Positions 54,586 to 63,575 of a DNA stretch of 64,000 nucleotides are shown one piece after another (within the stretch, counting starts at the first letter, position 1; the number at the start of each line of letters is the position of its first letter). The translations under genes and the position numbers were made by a program. The stretch spans positions 801-64,800 of the forward strand of contig DASXNY010000166.1 of the NCBI GenBank assembly GCA_036494715.1. Reading direction: 5' to 3'. This DNA is from Thermoleophilaceae bacterium. GTDB taxonomy: Bacteria > Actinomycetota > Thermoleophilia > Solirubrobacterales > Thermoleophilaceae. The notes beneath the pieces are model-generated. The model saw only the letters and a list, made by a program, of their open reading frames with translations. It did not search any database and was not told where the DNA came from.

Positions 54586-56725
54586 CGCCACTGGGATTGT
54601 GAGGCGACGGCGACGAGGACGGCGGCGACGGGGTCTTCGGCTGGCCCTGCGGCGGCGAGGCATAGAGGCGCGGGTCGTAGCCCTTGTAGGTGCCGGGCGC
54701 CGTGCCGCCGGTGCCGTTTTCGGTCGTGGTGGGCGTCTGCTGCACCTGCGGCCCGGGCGCGCCCGTGGTGGCGTAGTGGCCGAAGAACGGCGCCCACACC
54801 ACCGGCGTCGTGGGCGGGGCGAAGTCGCCGCAGTAGCTGCCCTTCGCGATGTTCATGTAGTCGTGCCAGATCATCGCGGGGAAGGTGCCGCCCTGCATCG
54901 GCCCGGCGCCGTGCACGTTCAGCATCGAGACCAGCGCGTTGGGATAGCCGACCCAGACGGCGGTCGCGAGCCTGGGCGTGAAGCCGACGAACCAGGCGTC
55001 GTTGAAGTTGCTCGTGGTGCCGGTCTTGCCGGCGGCCGGGCAGCCGATGTTGGCGCGCACGCCGGTGCCGCCGAGCACGTTCTCATGCAGGATCTTCGTG
55101 ACCTCATAGGCCTGGCCGTCGGTGAGCACGCGGTTGCCGGGGTTGCGGCCGATGTTGTCGGACTTGCCGTCCGGGAAGACGACCTTGGTGATGCCGACCG
55201 GCTTGTGGTGCACGCCGCCCGAGGCCAGCGTGGCGTACGCGTCGGCCATCTCGAGCGGCGACACGCCGAGCCGCAGGCCGCCCAGTCCCTCCGCCGGGTA
55301 GCCGTTGAGCTTGGTGGTGATGCCCATCGACTTGGCGGTCTCCGCCACCTTGTCCGGGCCGACGTCCAGGTCGAGCTGCGCGTAGACGGTGTTGTCGGAG
55401 TGCAGTGTGGCCTGGACGATGTTCACCCGGCCGAGGTAGTCGTTGCCGAAGGTGTGCACCTGCCACGGCCCGTACTTCGGGTCGTCGATGTTGAGCGGCT
55501 TCGACACGTACATCGTCGAGTTGGGGTTCACGCCCTCCTTGATGGCGGTCGTGAGCACGAAGGTCTTGAACGCAGAGCCCGGCTGCCGGTGCCCCTGCGC
55601 CGCGAGGTTGAACTGCCGGCCCTTGTAGTTGCCGCTCGAGGCCATCGCGAGGATGTGCCCGTTGGACGGGTCGATCGTCACCACGGCCGAGCTCGGGTCG
55701 CTGGGCAGGTTGAGCTGGCCGGCGATCGCGTTGCGCGCCGCCTCCTGGAGGTTCGGCTCGATCGTGGTGTAGACGCGCAGCCCGCCCTGACGGAAGACGT
55801 TGGCGCCGTACTTGGCGATCAGCTCGTCCTGCACGTAGTCGAAGAAGTACGGCTCGTGCCGCTTGATGTAGCGGTTCCCGGGGTTCAGCCCGAGCGACTT
55901 CTTCTGCGCCGTCAGCTCCTGGTCCCGCGTGATGTAGTGGTTCTGGAACATCTTGTAGAGCACCTGATTGCGGCGGGTCAGGGCGGCTCCGGGATCGAGG
56001 AACGGGCTGTAGTCGGACGGCGCCTGCGGCAGTCCGGCGAGGAGGGCCGCCTCGGGCAGCGTCAGGTCGCTGGCGTGCTTCGAGAAGTAGACCTCCGACG
56101 CGGCCTCGACGCCGATCGTGCTGCGCCCCCCGACCGTCCCGTACGGGATGTCGTTCAGGTACTGCTCGAGGATCCACTGCTTGGAGTGGTTCTCCTCGAG
56201 CTCGGAGGCCATCTTGGCCTCGCGGATCTTGCGCTTGAGATCGCGCTTGGGCGAGCGGATGTAGAGATTGCGGACGAGCTGCTGCGTGATCGTCGAGCCG
56301 CCCTGCAGCTTCTTGCCGGAGGTGACATCGCGCAGCGCCGCGCGCACGATCGACTCGTAGTCGACGCCGCCGTGGTGGTAGAAGCGCTGGTCCTCGATCG
56401 CCACCGTCGCGTTGCGCAGCACCGGCGGCATCCGGCTCCAGCCGATCGGGGTGCGGATCTCGTTCGACTGCACGTAGCCGAGCAGGTGGCCGTTCGCCGC
56501 GAAGATCTTGCTGGTCGTGCCCTGGTCGATCGGCTTCAGCTCGGCGATGTTGGGCGCCGACGAGGCGACCGCGAGGATGTAGCCCACCACCGCGATGCCC
56601 GCGATGATCGCTCCCGAAAGAACGACGGCCGCGCCGAGGAGAATCCAGTTTCTGGGGCGGGCCTTGTGTCGGCGCCGCCTCGCCTGTCGTTGCCGGTGGG
56701 TCATTCTCGAGGGGAGGGCGGCCAA
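54530..56725 (-). CDS. class A penicillin-binding protein (glycosyltransferase + transpeptidase)
   Basis: GT51 motifs (EDQRFYHHGGVD, GGSTITQQ, RKIRE) and transpeptidase motifs (SAFK, SDN, KTGT). Gly/Asn/Pro-rich tail. Confidence 0.93.
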   Translation of the reverse strand: MAALPSRMTHRQRQARRRRHKARPRNWILLGAAVVLSGAIIAGIAVVGYILAVASSAPNIAELKPIDQGTTSKIFAANGHLLGYVQSNEIRTPIGWSRMPPVLRNATVAIEDQRFYHHGGVDYESIVRAALRDVTSGKKLQGGSTITQQLVRNLYIRSPKRDLKRKIREAKMASELEENHSKQWILEQYLNDIPYGTVGGRSTIGVEAASEVYFSKHASDLTLPEAALLAGLPQAPSDYSPFLDPGAALTRRNQVLYKMFQNHYITRDQELTAQKKSLGLNPGNRYIKRHEPYFFDYVQDELIAKYGANVFRQGGLRVYTTIEPNLQEAARNAIAGQLNLPSDPSSAVVTIDPSNGHILAMASSGNYKGRQFNLAAQGHRQPGSAFKTFVLTTAIKEGVNPNSTMYVSKPLNIDDPKYGPWQVHTFGNDYLGRVNIVQATLHSDNTVYAQLDLDVGPDKVAETAKSMGITTKLNGYPAEGLGGLRLGVSPLEMADAYATLASGGVHHKPVGITKVVFPDGKSDNIGRNPGNRVLTDGQAYEVTKILHENVLGGTGVRANIGCPAAGKTGTTSNFNDAWFVGFTPRLATAVWVGYPNALVSMLNVHGAGPMQGGTFPAMIWHDYMNIAKGSYCGDFAPPTTPVVWAPFFGHYATTGAPGPQVQQTPTTTENGTGGTAPGTYKGYDPRLYASPPQGQPKTPSPPSSSPSPHNPSGDGNGNGNGGGGSPADPTG

Positions 56726-56756
56726 CCGGCGACGCAGAGCCGCTTGACGCCGGTAT

Positions 56757-57545
56757 CTAGCTGCCCAGGATAGAGGCTTGCTGGAGTCGTTCGATGCACC
56801 TGAGGCGAAGTCCTGCCGCCGCAGCGGCCCTGTCGGCCGCGGTCGGCGCCCAGGTGCCCACGTCCAGGCGTATGCCCTCGATCTGCATGTCCGCCACGGC
56901 CGCGTCGCTGTCAGGCTCCTCCTCGAGCGCCGCGAGCGCGCGCGCCGGGTTCGCGGCCACCGGTATCCACAGCGACACCTCGACGCGCACGCGAGGGTCG
57001 ACGATCGTGTGGTTGATGATCGTGCTCGAGGCGAGCTGCTCGTTGGGGATGATCACGCGCCGGCCGTCGCCGGCCCTCACGTACGTGTAGCTCAGGCGCA
57101 CGTCCTCCACGGTGCCGGTCTCGCCCTGGAAGGTGACGAGGTCGCCGACGCGAATCGGCTGGGTTATGGCCAGCAGGACCCCCGCGATCACGTTGGCCAG
57201 CGTCTGGCGCGCCGCGAAGCCGACGATCAGGCCCAGCACCGCCGACGACGCCAGGATCCCGGTGGCCACGCGCTTCACCGCCGCGAACTGGGCAAGCGCG
57301 AGCGCGATGCCGATAACGATGATCGTGACCGACACCAGCCGACGCACAAGCCGCAGCCGCGTGTCCGCCGTTGCAGAGAGCTCCCTCCCCGTCACGCTGG
57401 AGGCGAGCTTGACCGCGCGGCGGCTCAGGGCCTTGTCGACCAAGCGGGCGAGCAGCAGCGCGAGGATCACGGTGGCCACAGCCGTGATCTCGTTGCGGTG
57501 ATCGGTCCAGAACGAGGACGCGATGACAACATCCGAGGCAGCCAT
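56757..57545 (-). CDS. MscS-family mechanosensitive channel
   Basis: ATG at 57545. TM3-like GLIVGFAARQTLANVIAGVLLAITQPIRVGD followed by the β domain. Confidence 0.85.
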   Translation of the reverse strand: MAASDVVIASSFWTDHRNEITAVATVILALLLARLVDKALSRRAVKLASSVTGRELSATADTRLRLVRRLVSVTIIVIGIALALAQFAAVKRVATGILASSAVLGLIVGFAARQTLANVIAGVLLAITQPIRVGDLVTFQGETGTVEDVRLSYTYVRAGDGRRVIIPNEQLASSTIINHTIVDPRVRVEVSLWIPVAANPARALAALEEEPDSDAAVADMQIEGIRLDVGTWAPTAADRAAAAAGLRLRCIERLQQASILGS

Positions 57546-58749
57546 GAGCCAGGAGGCTATCTTCGACCGCACCCGGATTCGCCCGCTGCGGCGCACGCGC
57601 GCGACCTCGGTCGCGCTGCAGGAGGCGCTCCGCGTTTTCTTCATCTCGCGGGTGCTGGTGTGGCTGTCCGCGGCGCTCGCAGTCAACCTCCTGCCGACGC
57701 GCATCTTCCAGCAGCAGGCGCACGACGTGCCGGGCCTCAGCGGGCCGCTCGGCAGCACGCTCGGCTCGCTCGCCCACTGGGACGGCATCTGGTACCTGAC
57801 GATCGCGCATTCGGGCTACGAGGGCGGCTCGGCGCTCAGCGCTTTCTTCCCGCTCTACCCGGTGAGCGTGCGCCTGGCGGCCGGCGACGTGCGCTCTGGC
57901 GCGGCGCTGCTCGTGGCGGCGTACGCGGTGTCGGCGCTCGCGCTCGTGGCGGCGCTGACGCTGCTGCACAAGCTCGTCGAGCTCGAGCTGGGTGAGCGCT
58001 TCACGCGACCGGTGCTGTTCCTCGTCGCGCTCTGGCCCGGGTCGCTCTTCTTCAGCGCCCCCTACTCCGAGAGCCTGTTCCTGGCGCTGAGCATCGGCGT
58101 CTTCTACTCGGCGCGCACACAGCGCTTCGCGCTCGCCTCAGCGCTCTGCGCGGCCGCCACCGCCACACGCCCCACCGGCGTGCTGCTGATCCTGCCGCTC
58201 GCCTGGATGGCGTGGAAGGGTGGGCGCCTGCGCTGGCTCGTGCTGGCCCCGCTCGGCGCGGTGGCGTTCAGCGCCGGGCTGGCGGGCGCCGGGCTCAAGC
58301 CATTCGCCTGGTTCTCGGTCGAGCGCGGCTGGGGCCACGTCTTCAGGGGACCCGTGCTCGGCGCCTGGGACGCCGCGGTGGCCGGTGCGAAGGGCGCCGG
58401 CCAGCTCGTCTCCTGGGCGCCCGTGGACCACGTCGTCGCGGCGGAGAACGCCCTCTATCTGTTCTTCCTCGTGTTCGCGGTCGTCGCGCTCGTGGGGATC
58501 TTCCGGCGGCTGCCGCCGGCCTACGGCATCTACACGCTCGTATCGCTCGTCGCGGCGATCTCGGCGCCCGTCGGCTGGCAGCCGCTGATGTCGTTCGGGC
58601 GGCTGCTTGCGGTCGTCTTCCCGATCCCGATGTGGGTTGCGCTCGACCTGCAGGACAGGCGCCTCGTGCGCGGCTTCGTGTACGTCGCCTCGGCGGCGCT
58701 GCTCGTCTGCGCCACGGCGGGCTTCGCCACGTGGCAGCTCGTCACGTGA
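57544..58749 (+). CDS. PIG-V-like mannosyltransferase-family GT-C membrane protein
   Basis: HWDGIWYLTIAHSGYE...FFPLYP signature and about 9 TM segments. ATG 57544 or 57523. Confidence 0.68.
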   Translation: MSQEAIFDRTRIRPLRRTRATSVALQEALRVFFISRVLVWLSAALAVNLLPTRIFQQQAHDVPGLSGPLGSTLGSLAHWDGIWYLTIAHSGYEGGSALSAFFPLYPVSVRLAAGDVRSGAALLVAAYAVSALALVAALTLLHKLVELELGERFTRPVLFLVALWPGSLFFSAPYSESLFLALSIGVFYSARTQRFALASALCAAATATRPTGVLLILPLAWMAWKGGRLRWLVLAPLGAVAFSAGLAGAGLKPFAWFSVERGWGHVFRGPVLGAWDAAVAGAKGAGQLVSWAPVDHVVAAENALYLFFLVFAVVALVGIFRRLPPAYGIYTLVSLVAAISAPVGWQPLMSFGRLLAVVFPIPMWVALDLQDRRLVRGFVYVASAALLVCATAGFATWQLVT

Positions 58750-59429
58750 TCCGCGCGGTCACCGTCGACGCGCTCGGCACGCTCGTGCACATGCAGCCGC
58801 CTGGGCCGCGCCTGCGCGTGCGGCTCAAGGCGCTCGCCGGCGTCGACGTGAGTGAGGAGCAGGCCGCCGCGGGCTTCGCCGCCGAGATCCACTACTACCT
58901 CGAGCACCATCTCGAGGGCGGCGACCCGGCGTCGCTCGACGCCCTGCGCGACCGCTGCGCGGGGGTGCTGCGGGCGACGCTCGGCATCGAGGACGTCGAG
59001 CTGGGCGTGGTGCGCGAGGCGATGCTCGGCTCGCTCCACTTCGACGCCTTCGCCGATGCGGCGCCCGCGCTCGAGGAGCTGCGCTCGCGTGGCCTGCGGC
59101 TCGTGGCTGCGAGCAACTGGGACTCGTCGCTGCCGGAGGTGCTCGAGCGCACCGGCCTCGCCTCGCTGCTCGACGGCGTGGTGTCCTCGGCGGCGGCGGG
59201 CGCGGCCAAGCCGGCGCCGGCGCTGTTCGAGGCGGCGCTGGAGCTGGCGGGCGTGCAGGCCTCCGAGGCCATACATGTGGGCGATTCAGTCGAGAAGGAC
59301 GTGCAGGGAGCGCTCGCGCTGGGCATGGGGGCAGTGCTGGTCGAACGCGACGGCGACGCGCGCGCGGGTGGCGCGGCTCCGGTGATCAGCACGCTGGCCG
59401 AGCTGCCGCCCCTAGTCTTGGACGGGTGA
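58746..59429 (+). CDS. HAD-superfamily hydrolase (subfamily IA, haloacid-dehalogenase-like motif I)
   Basis: GTGA overlap. VTVDALGTL motif I, SNW motif II, K...GD motifs III/IV. Confidence 0.82.
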   Translation: MIRAVTVDALGTLVHMQPPGPRLRVRLKALAGVDVSEEQAAAGFAAEIHYYLEHHLEGGDPASLDALRDRCAGVLRATLGIEDVELGVVREAMLGSLHFDAFADAAPALEELRSRGLRLVAASNWDSSLPEVLERTGLASLLDGVVSSAAAGAAKPAPALFEAALELAGVQASEAIHVGDSVEKDVQGALALGMGAVLVERDGDARAGGAAPVISTLAELPPLVLDG

Positions 59430-60274
59430 CGAGCGAGCTCGACCAAGCGCCGGGCAGCGTCCCCGAGGAGCCGCCGACCGCTCCGGACGACGCCCCGCGC
59501 TGGCCCGCCTGGTTCGCGCCCGCGGCTTTCGTGTCCGGCGTGCTCGCGGTGTTCATCGTCGCCGCGGTCGTGCAGGTGATCGTCGCCGCCACCGGCCACG
59601 ATCTGCCCACGAGCGGCGCCGGCATCGCGCTGGGCGGCACACTGATCCAGGATGGGCTGCTGGTCGCGGCCGCGATCGTGTTCGCCTCGCGGGTCGCGCC
59701 GCCGCGGCCGTGGCAGTTCGGGCTCAGGGCCACGCCGTTCCGCAAGGCGCTCACCGCCGCGTTGACGGCGTACGCGGGCTTTTGGCTGTTCTCCGTCGCC
59801 TACCAGCTGATCCTCCACCCGCACGGCAAGCAGACCGTGGCCAAGGACCTCGGCGCGACCAACGGCGGCCTGCTGCTCGTGCTCGCCGCGATCCTCGTGA
59901 TCGTGATCGCGCCGATCTGCGAGGAGTTCTTCTTCCGCGGCTTCTTCTTCAAGGCGCTGCGTACGCGCTTCTCGCTGATCGCCGCCGCCGTGATCGACGG
60001 CCTCGTGTTCGGGGCCGTCCACTACACGGGCTCGCAGACCCTCTCCGTGCTGCCCGTGCTCGCCGTGCTGGGCTTCGCGTTCTGCATGCTCTACGAGCGC
60101 ACGGGCTCGATCCTGCCGGGCATCGGCTTGCACTCCTTCAACAACTCGATCTCCTACGCGGTCACCGTGCACTCGAGCAGCGGCGTCGCGTTCGCGCTCG
60201 GAGCGGCGATGCTGTGCGCCGTCTCGATCGCGCCCCAGGTTGTGCCCGCGCTGCGCTCGCATCCCGCGCGATGA
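59426..60274 (+). CDS. CPBP-family intramembrane glutamic endopeptidase
   Basis: APICEEFFFRG, FGAVH and HSFNN motifs. 4-nt overlap with the HAD gene. Confidence 0.85.
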   Translation: MTSELDQAPGSVPEEPPTAPDDAPRWPAWFAPAAFVSGVLAVFIVAAVVQVIVAATGHDLPTSGAGIALGGTLIQDGLLVAAAIVFASRVAPPRPWQFGLRATPFRKALTAALTAYAGFWLFSVAYQLILHPHGKQTVAKDLGATNGGLLLVLAAILVIVIAPICEEFFFRGFFFKALRTRFSLIAAAVIDGLVFGAVHYTGSQTLSVLPVLAVLGFAFCMLYERTGSILPGIGLHSFNNSISYAVTVHSSSGVAFALGAAMLCAVSIAPQVVPALRSHPAR

Positions 60275-60326
60275 ACGCAGTCGGGGTATGGCGCATCCGC
60301 CTGCGCTCGCGTTAAAGTTCCCTCCA

Positions 60327-61265
60327 ATGCGTCGCACCCTGGCTCTTTCCGCGGCGCTGTTCGTCCTCATTTCGGCCTCCGCCTCCGCCGCGCCCGCGGT
60401 CAAGCTGCACCTCGCGTCGGGCATTCGCGACGGGCACCGCGTCTGGGTGATGAAGGGCCAGCGCGTGCTGATCGAGGGCACGCGCCCGTTCGCCGACGCC
60501 GGCTACGCCACCGCCGGGATCTACTTCAAGGGCAAGGAGATCGCCACCACGCGCTCGCCGCTGCGCGGGCCGGTGGGCAACGCGCAGGGCGTACTCCTGC
60601 ACTTCACCGCCAAGAAGCTCGGCACGTACAAGGCGATGGTCAAGGTCTTCAACGGCGCGGACACCGCGCATCCGGTCACCCAGGCGCTGTTCGCCGTCCA
60701 CGTGACCAAGCCCAAGGTCCACTTCGCCTCGAGCGGCCGGGGCGTGCGGCTACTCCAGGAGGGCCTGCGCGCGCTCGCCTACGTCACGCCGCGCAACGGG
60801 CACTACGACGACGCCACTGGCCGCGCCGTGCTCGCCTTCCGCAAGGTCAACGGGATGGCCCGCGTCGAGACGCCGTCGAAGACGATCTTCAAGAAGCTCT
60901 TCCGCGGGCAGGGCGGCTACAAGCTCAAGTACCCGAAGGCCGGCCGCCACCTCGAGTTCGACTGGTCGCGGCAGGTGCTCGTGTTCGCGCAGGGCGGCAA
61001 GCCCGTGCGCATCTACCACGCGTCGTCAGGCAAGCCCTCGACGCCGACCGTGTTCGGCACCTTCCACTTCTACTCCAAGACCCCGGGCACGAACGCCGAG
61101 GGCATGGTCGACTCGAACTACTTCATCGGCGGCTACGCGGTGCACGGCTACGCAGAGGTGCCGCCCTATGCCGCCAGCCACGGCTGCATCCGTGTGCCGG
61201 TGCCGGACGCACTCTCGATCTACGACGGCATCTCGCTAGGCGAGACGATCTTCGTCTACCACTAG
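60327..61265 (+). CDS. L,D-transpeptidase (YkuD domain) with a PG-binding domain and signal peptide
   Basis: ATG at 60327 with signal ALFVLISASASA. RLLQEGLRALAY PG-binding repeat and the catalytic SHGCIRV. Confidence 0.88.
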   Translation: MRRTLALSAALFVLISASASAAPAVKLHLASGIRDGHRVWVMKGQRVLIEGTRPFADAGYATAGIYFKGKEIATTRSPLRGPVGNAQGVLLHFTAKKLGTYKAMVKVFNGADTAHPVTQALFAVHVTKPKVHFASSGRGVRLLQEGLRALAYVTPRNGHYDDATGRAVLAFRKVNGMARVETPSKTIFKKLFRGQGGYKLKYPKAGRHLEFDWSRQVLVFAQGGKPVRIYHASSGKPSTPTVFGTFHFYSKTPGTNAEGMVDSNYFIGGYAVHGYAEVPPYAASHGCIRVPVPDALSIYDGISLGETIFVYH

Positions 61266-61618
61266 ACGCGCAGCTTCACCGCGTAGCCCGCGAGCACGCG
61301 CAGGACCACGAAGTAGAGCAGGAACGCCAGCAGCGCCGGCACGCCTCGCTCGACCCAGATGTTGCTCGAGTTCGCGACGCTGTCGAACGGCTTCGTGAGC
61401 ACGTCGTTGGCGTCGTCGATCGCCTCGCGAGCCTTGGTGTGCTTCTTCGCACGCGCCTTCTCCTGCTGCGGCGTGAGATCGGTCCCGTCGAGGGTCTTGA
61501 CCTTGGTCTGCTGCGCCGTCGAGCTTGCGTTGGCCTCCTCGACCGCGAACATGCCAAAGCTAAGCACCACGACGACGGTGCATACGGTCGATGCAAGGAA
61601 CAGCAGCCGCTTGATCAC
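61262..61618 (-). CDS. small two-TM hypothetical membrane protein
   Basis: GTG at 61618. N- and C-terminal hydrophobic helices flank a Lys-rich segment. Confidence 0.45.
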   Translation of the reverse strand: MIKRLLFLASTVCTVVVVLSFGMFAVEEANASSTAQQTKVKTLDGTDLTPQQEKARAKKHTKAREAIDDANDVLTKPFDSVANSSNIWVERGVPALLAFLLYFVVLRVLAGYAVKLRV

Positions 61619-61658
61619 TAGGCCCCCATCGGGTCGATGGCTAGGATTCGCGCGCGAA

Positions 61659-62243
61659 ATGACGTCTCCTTCCGCGAATGTTGGAGCCGGTGCGAGCGCG
61701 CGGGAGCGCCTCGTCGCGGCACTGCGCGAGCACGCGCTCGTGATCGGCGAGGTCACGCTCACGAGCGGGCGCACGGCCCAGTATTACGTCGACGCCAAGC
61801 GCGCGATCCTGCTTCCGGAAGCCTTTTCGGCGCTCGGCGAGCTCGTCTCAGCGCAGGCTCGCGTATGCGCTGCCACGGCCGTGGGCGGAGTCCCGGTGAG
61901 CGCGATCCCGGTGGCGTGCGCGCCGCTCGCGGTCGGCTTTCCTGAGAAAGCTTTCATCGTGCGCAAGGAGCGCAAGGAGCACGGTCTGCAGCGCTGGATC
62001 GAGGGGCCGCTGCCAGAGCCCGGCGAGCGCGTGCTGATCGTCGAGGACGTGGTCACCACCGGCGGCTCGACGGTGGAGGCGATCGAGCGCGTGCGCAGCG
62101 AGGGCCTGGAGGTGGTGGGCGTCGTCAGCGTGCTGGACCGGCTGGCCGGCGGCGGCGAGGCGATCTCGGCCGCGCTCGGCGACGCCCCCTACCTCGCGCT
62201 CACCACGATCGACGACGTCTACCCGGACCGGCCCGACAGGTAG
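61659..62243 (+). CDS. pyrE: orotate phosphoribosyltransferase
   Basis: ATG at 61659. TLTSGRTAQYYVD and the PRPP motif VLIVEDVVTTGGS. Confidence 0.92.
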   Translation: MTSPSANVGAGASARERLVAALREHALVIGEVTLTSGRTAQYYVDAKRAILLPEAFSALGELVSAQARVCAATAVGGVPVSAIPVACAPLAVGFPEKAFIVRKERKEHGLQRWIEGPLPEPGERVLIVEDVVTTGGSTVEAIERVRSEGLEVVGVVSVLDRLAGGGEAISAALGDAPYLALTTIDDVYPDRPDR

Positions 62244-63364
62244 ACGCCGCGGGCGGCTGCCTGCTCGGCGGCCAGCGCACCCGCCAGCAGGGCCACGAGC
62301 GCACCCAGCTGCGCAACCGCCGATGCCCCGAGCCCGAGCGGGATCGTGGCGAGAGCGAGCGCGGCCGCCACGAGTCGCCACGGCCCGCGTCCAAGGCCGA
62401 GCGTGACGCGGTAGAACACGTCACCGAGCAGGAACAGCGCGGCGCCCCCGCCGAGCAGCAGCGCCTGCTGGGTGCTCAGGTCCTCCGACGCGTGCCCGAT
62501 CGCGTGGCGCAGCGCGGCGGCGATGGCGATCACGCCGAGCAGGATCAGCAGGTGCCAGTAACCGAACGCGCCGACCGCCAGCCGCTGGCGGCGCGCGGCC
62601 GGCGCCGCGTTGAGCGCCTCCTCGGCACGGTCGCCGTCGCCGCTGCCGAAGTAGGCCCACCAGAGGCACGCGCTCAGCAGGAGGCCGAGCACCGCCACGC
62701 CCACGAGCGAGAGGTCGACCGGCAGGCCGCCGGCACCGATGCCCACGGCCACCACCGACTCGCCGATCGCGATGATCACCACCAGGCCGTGGCGCTCGAC
62801 GAAGTGGGCCGGCGCGATCAGGAAGCCGCCGCTCTGGATGAAGTACGGCGTCAGCCACTCGGACACGAAGCCGGCGGCCCAGAGCACGTACTGCGCCGTC
62901 CCACCCGCGATGCCGCCGGCCAGGACGAGCAGTGCCGACAGCAGGTTGATCGGCGCGAGGCCGAGGATCGCGTGCGTGATCTTCTGCGACGTGGAGCTCG
63001 CGAACAGCCCGGAGTGGATCAGCACGATCGCGAGGTAGGCGATGCCGAAGCTCGCCCCGCTGCCGCGGAACGCGTCGGGGATCGCCAGCGCGAGCACGAG
63101 GAACGCGGACATCGCCGCCAGCAGGAATACGCGTCTGCTCGGGCGGTCGGGCGGCACGGCGTTGGTGAGCCAGGCGTAGCCGTCGTACATCCACCAGATC
63201 ACGCCGAGCATCAGCACCACCTGGAACACGCCCCTCCAGCTCGTCTCGTGCACGAGCAGCGTGCTCAGCTGCGTGATCGTGAAGACAAAGACCAGGTCGA
63301 AGAACAGCTCGAGCGTCGAGACTCGCTCGGCGCTGCCCGGCTCGCTAGGCGGGCTTCCAGTCAC
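62219..63364 (-). CDS. low-temperature-requirement A (LtrA)-like membrane protein
   Basis: STLELFFDLVFVFTITQLS signature and about 10 TM segments. GTG at 63364 preferred. Confidence 0.78.
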   Translation of the reverse strand: MTGSPPSEPGSAERVSTLELFFDLVFVFTITQLSTLLVHETSWRGVFQVVLMLGVIWWMYDGYAWLTNAVPPDRPSRRVFLLAAMSAFLVLALAIPDAFRGSGASFGIAYLAIVLIHSGLFASSTSQKITHAILGLAPINLLSALLVLAGGIAGGTAQYVLWAAGFVSEWLTPYFIQSGGFLIAPAHFVERHGLVVIIAIGESVVAVGIGAGGLPVDLSLVGVAVLGLLLSACLWWAYFGSGDGDRAEEALNAAPAARRQRLAVGAFGYWHLLILLGVIAIAAALRHAIGHASEDLSTQQALLLGGGAALFLLGDVFYRVTLGLGRGPWRLVAAALALATIPLGLGASAVAQLGALVALLAGALAAEQAAARGVYLSGRSG

Positions 63365-63575
63365 GGAAGGCGGCGAGCAGCTCGTCGCGCGTGGCGGGCG
63401 GGATGTCCTCCTCGCGCAGGGTGCCAATCGCGCGCACGGTCACGCGTATCTGCTCGAGATAGGCCGTGCAGCCGTCGCATTTCGCGATGTGCTTCTCGAA
63501 GCGGCGCCGTTGCCGCCACGACAGCGAACCCTCGAGATAGTCGGTTACGAGCTCTACGAGCTCCTTGCAGCTCAT
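63345..63575 (-). CDS. zinc-binding (ZAS, HxxxCxxC) anti-sigma factor, soluble RsrA-like size
   Basis: HIAKCDGC motif plus an N-terminal Cys. 4-nt overlap with the sigma gene. Confidence 0.85.
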   Translation of the reverse strand: MSCKELVELVTDYLEGSLSWRQRRRFEKHIAKCDGCTAYLEQIRVTVRAIGTLREEDIPPATRDELLAAFRDWKPA

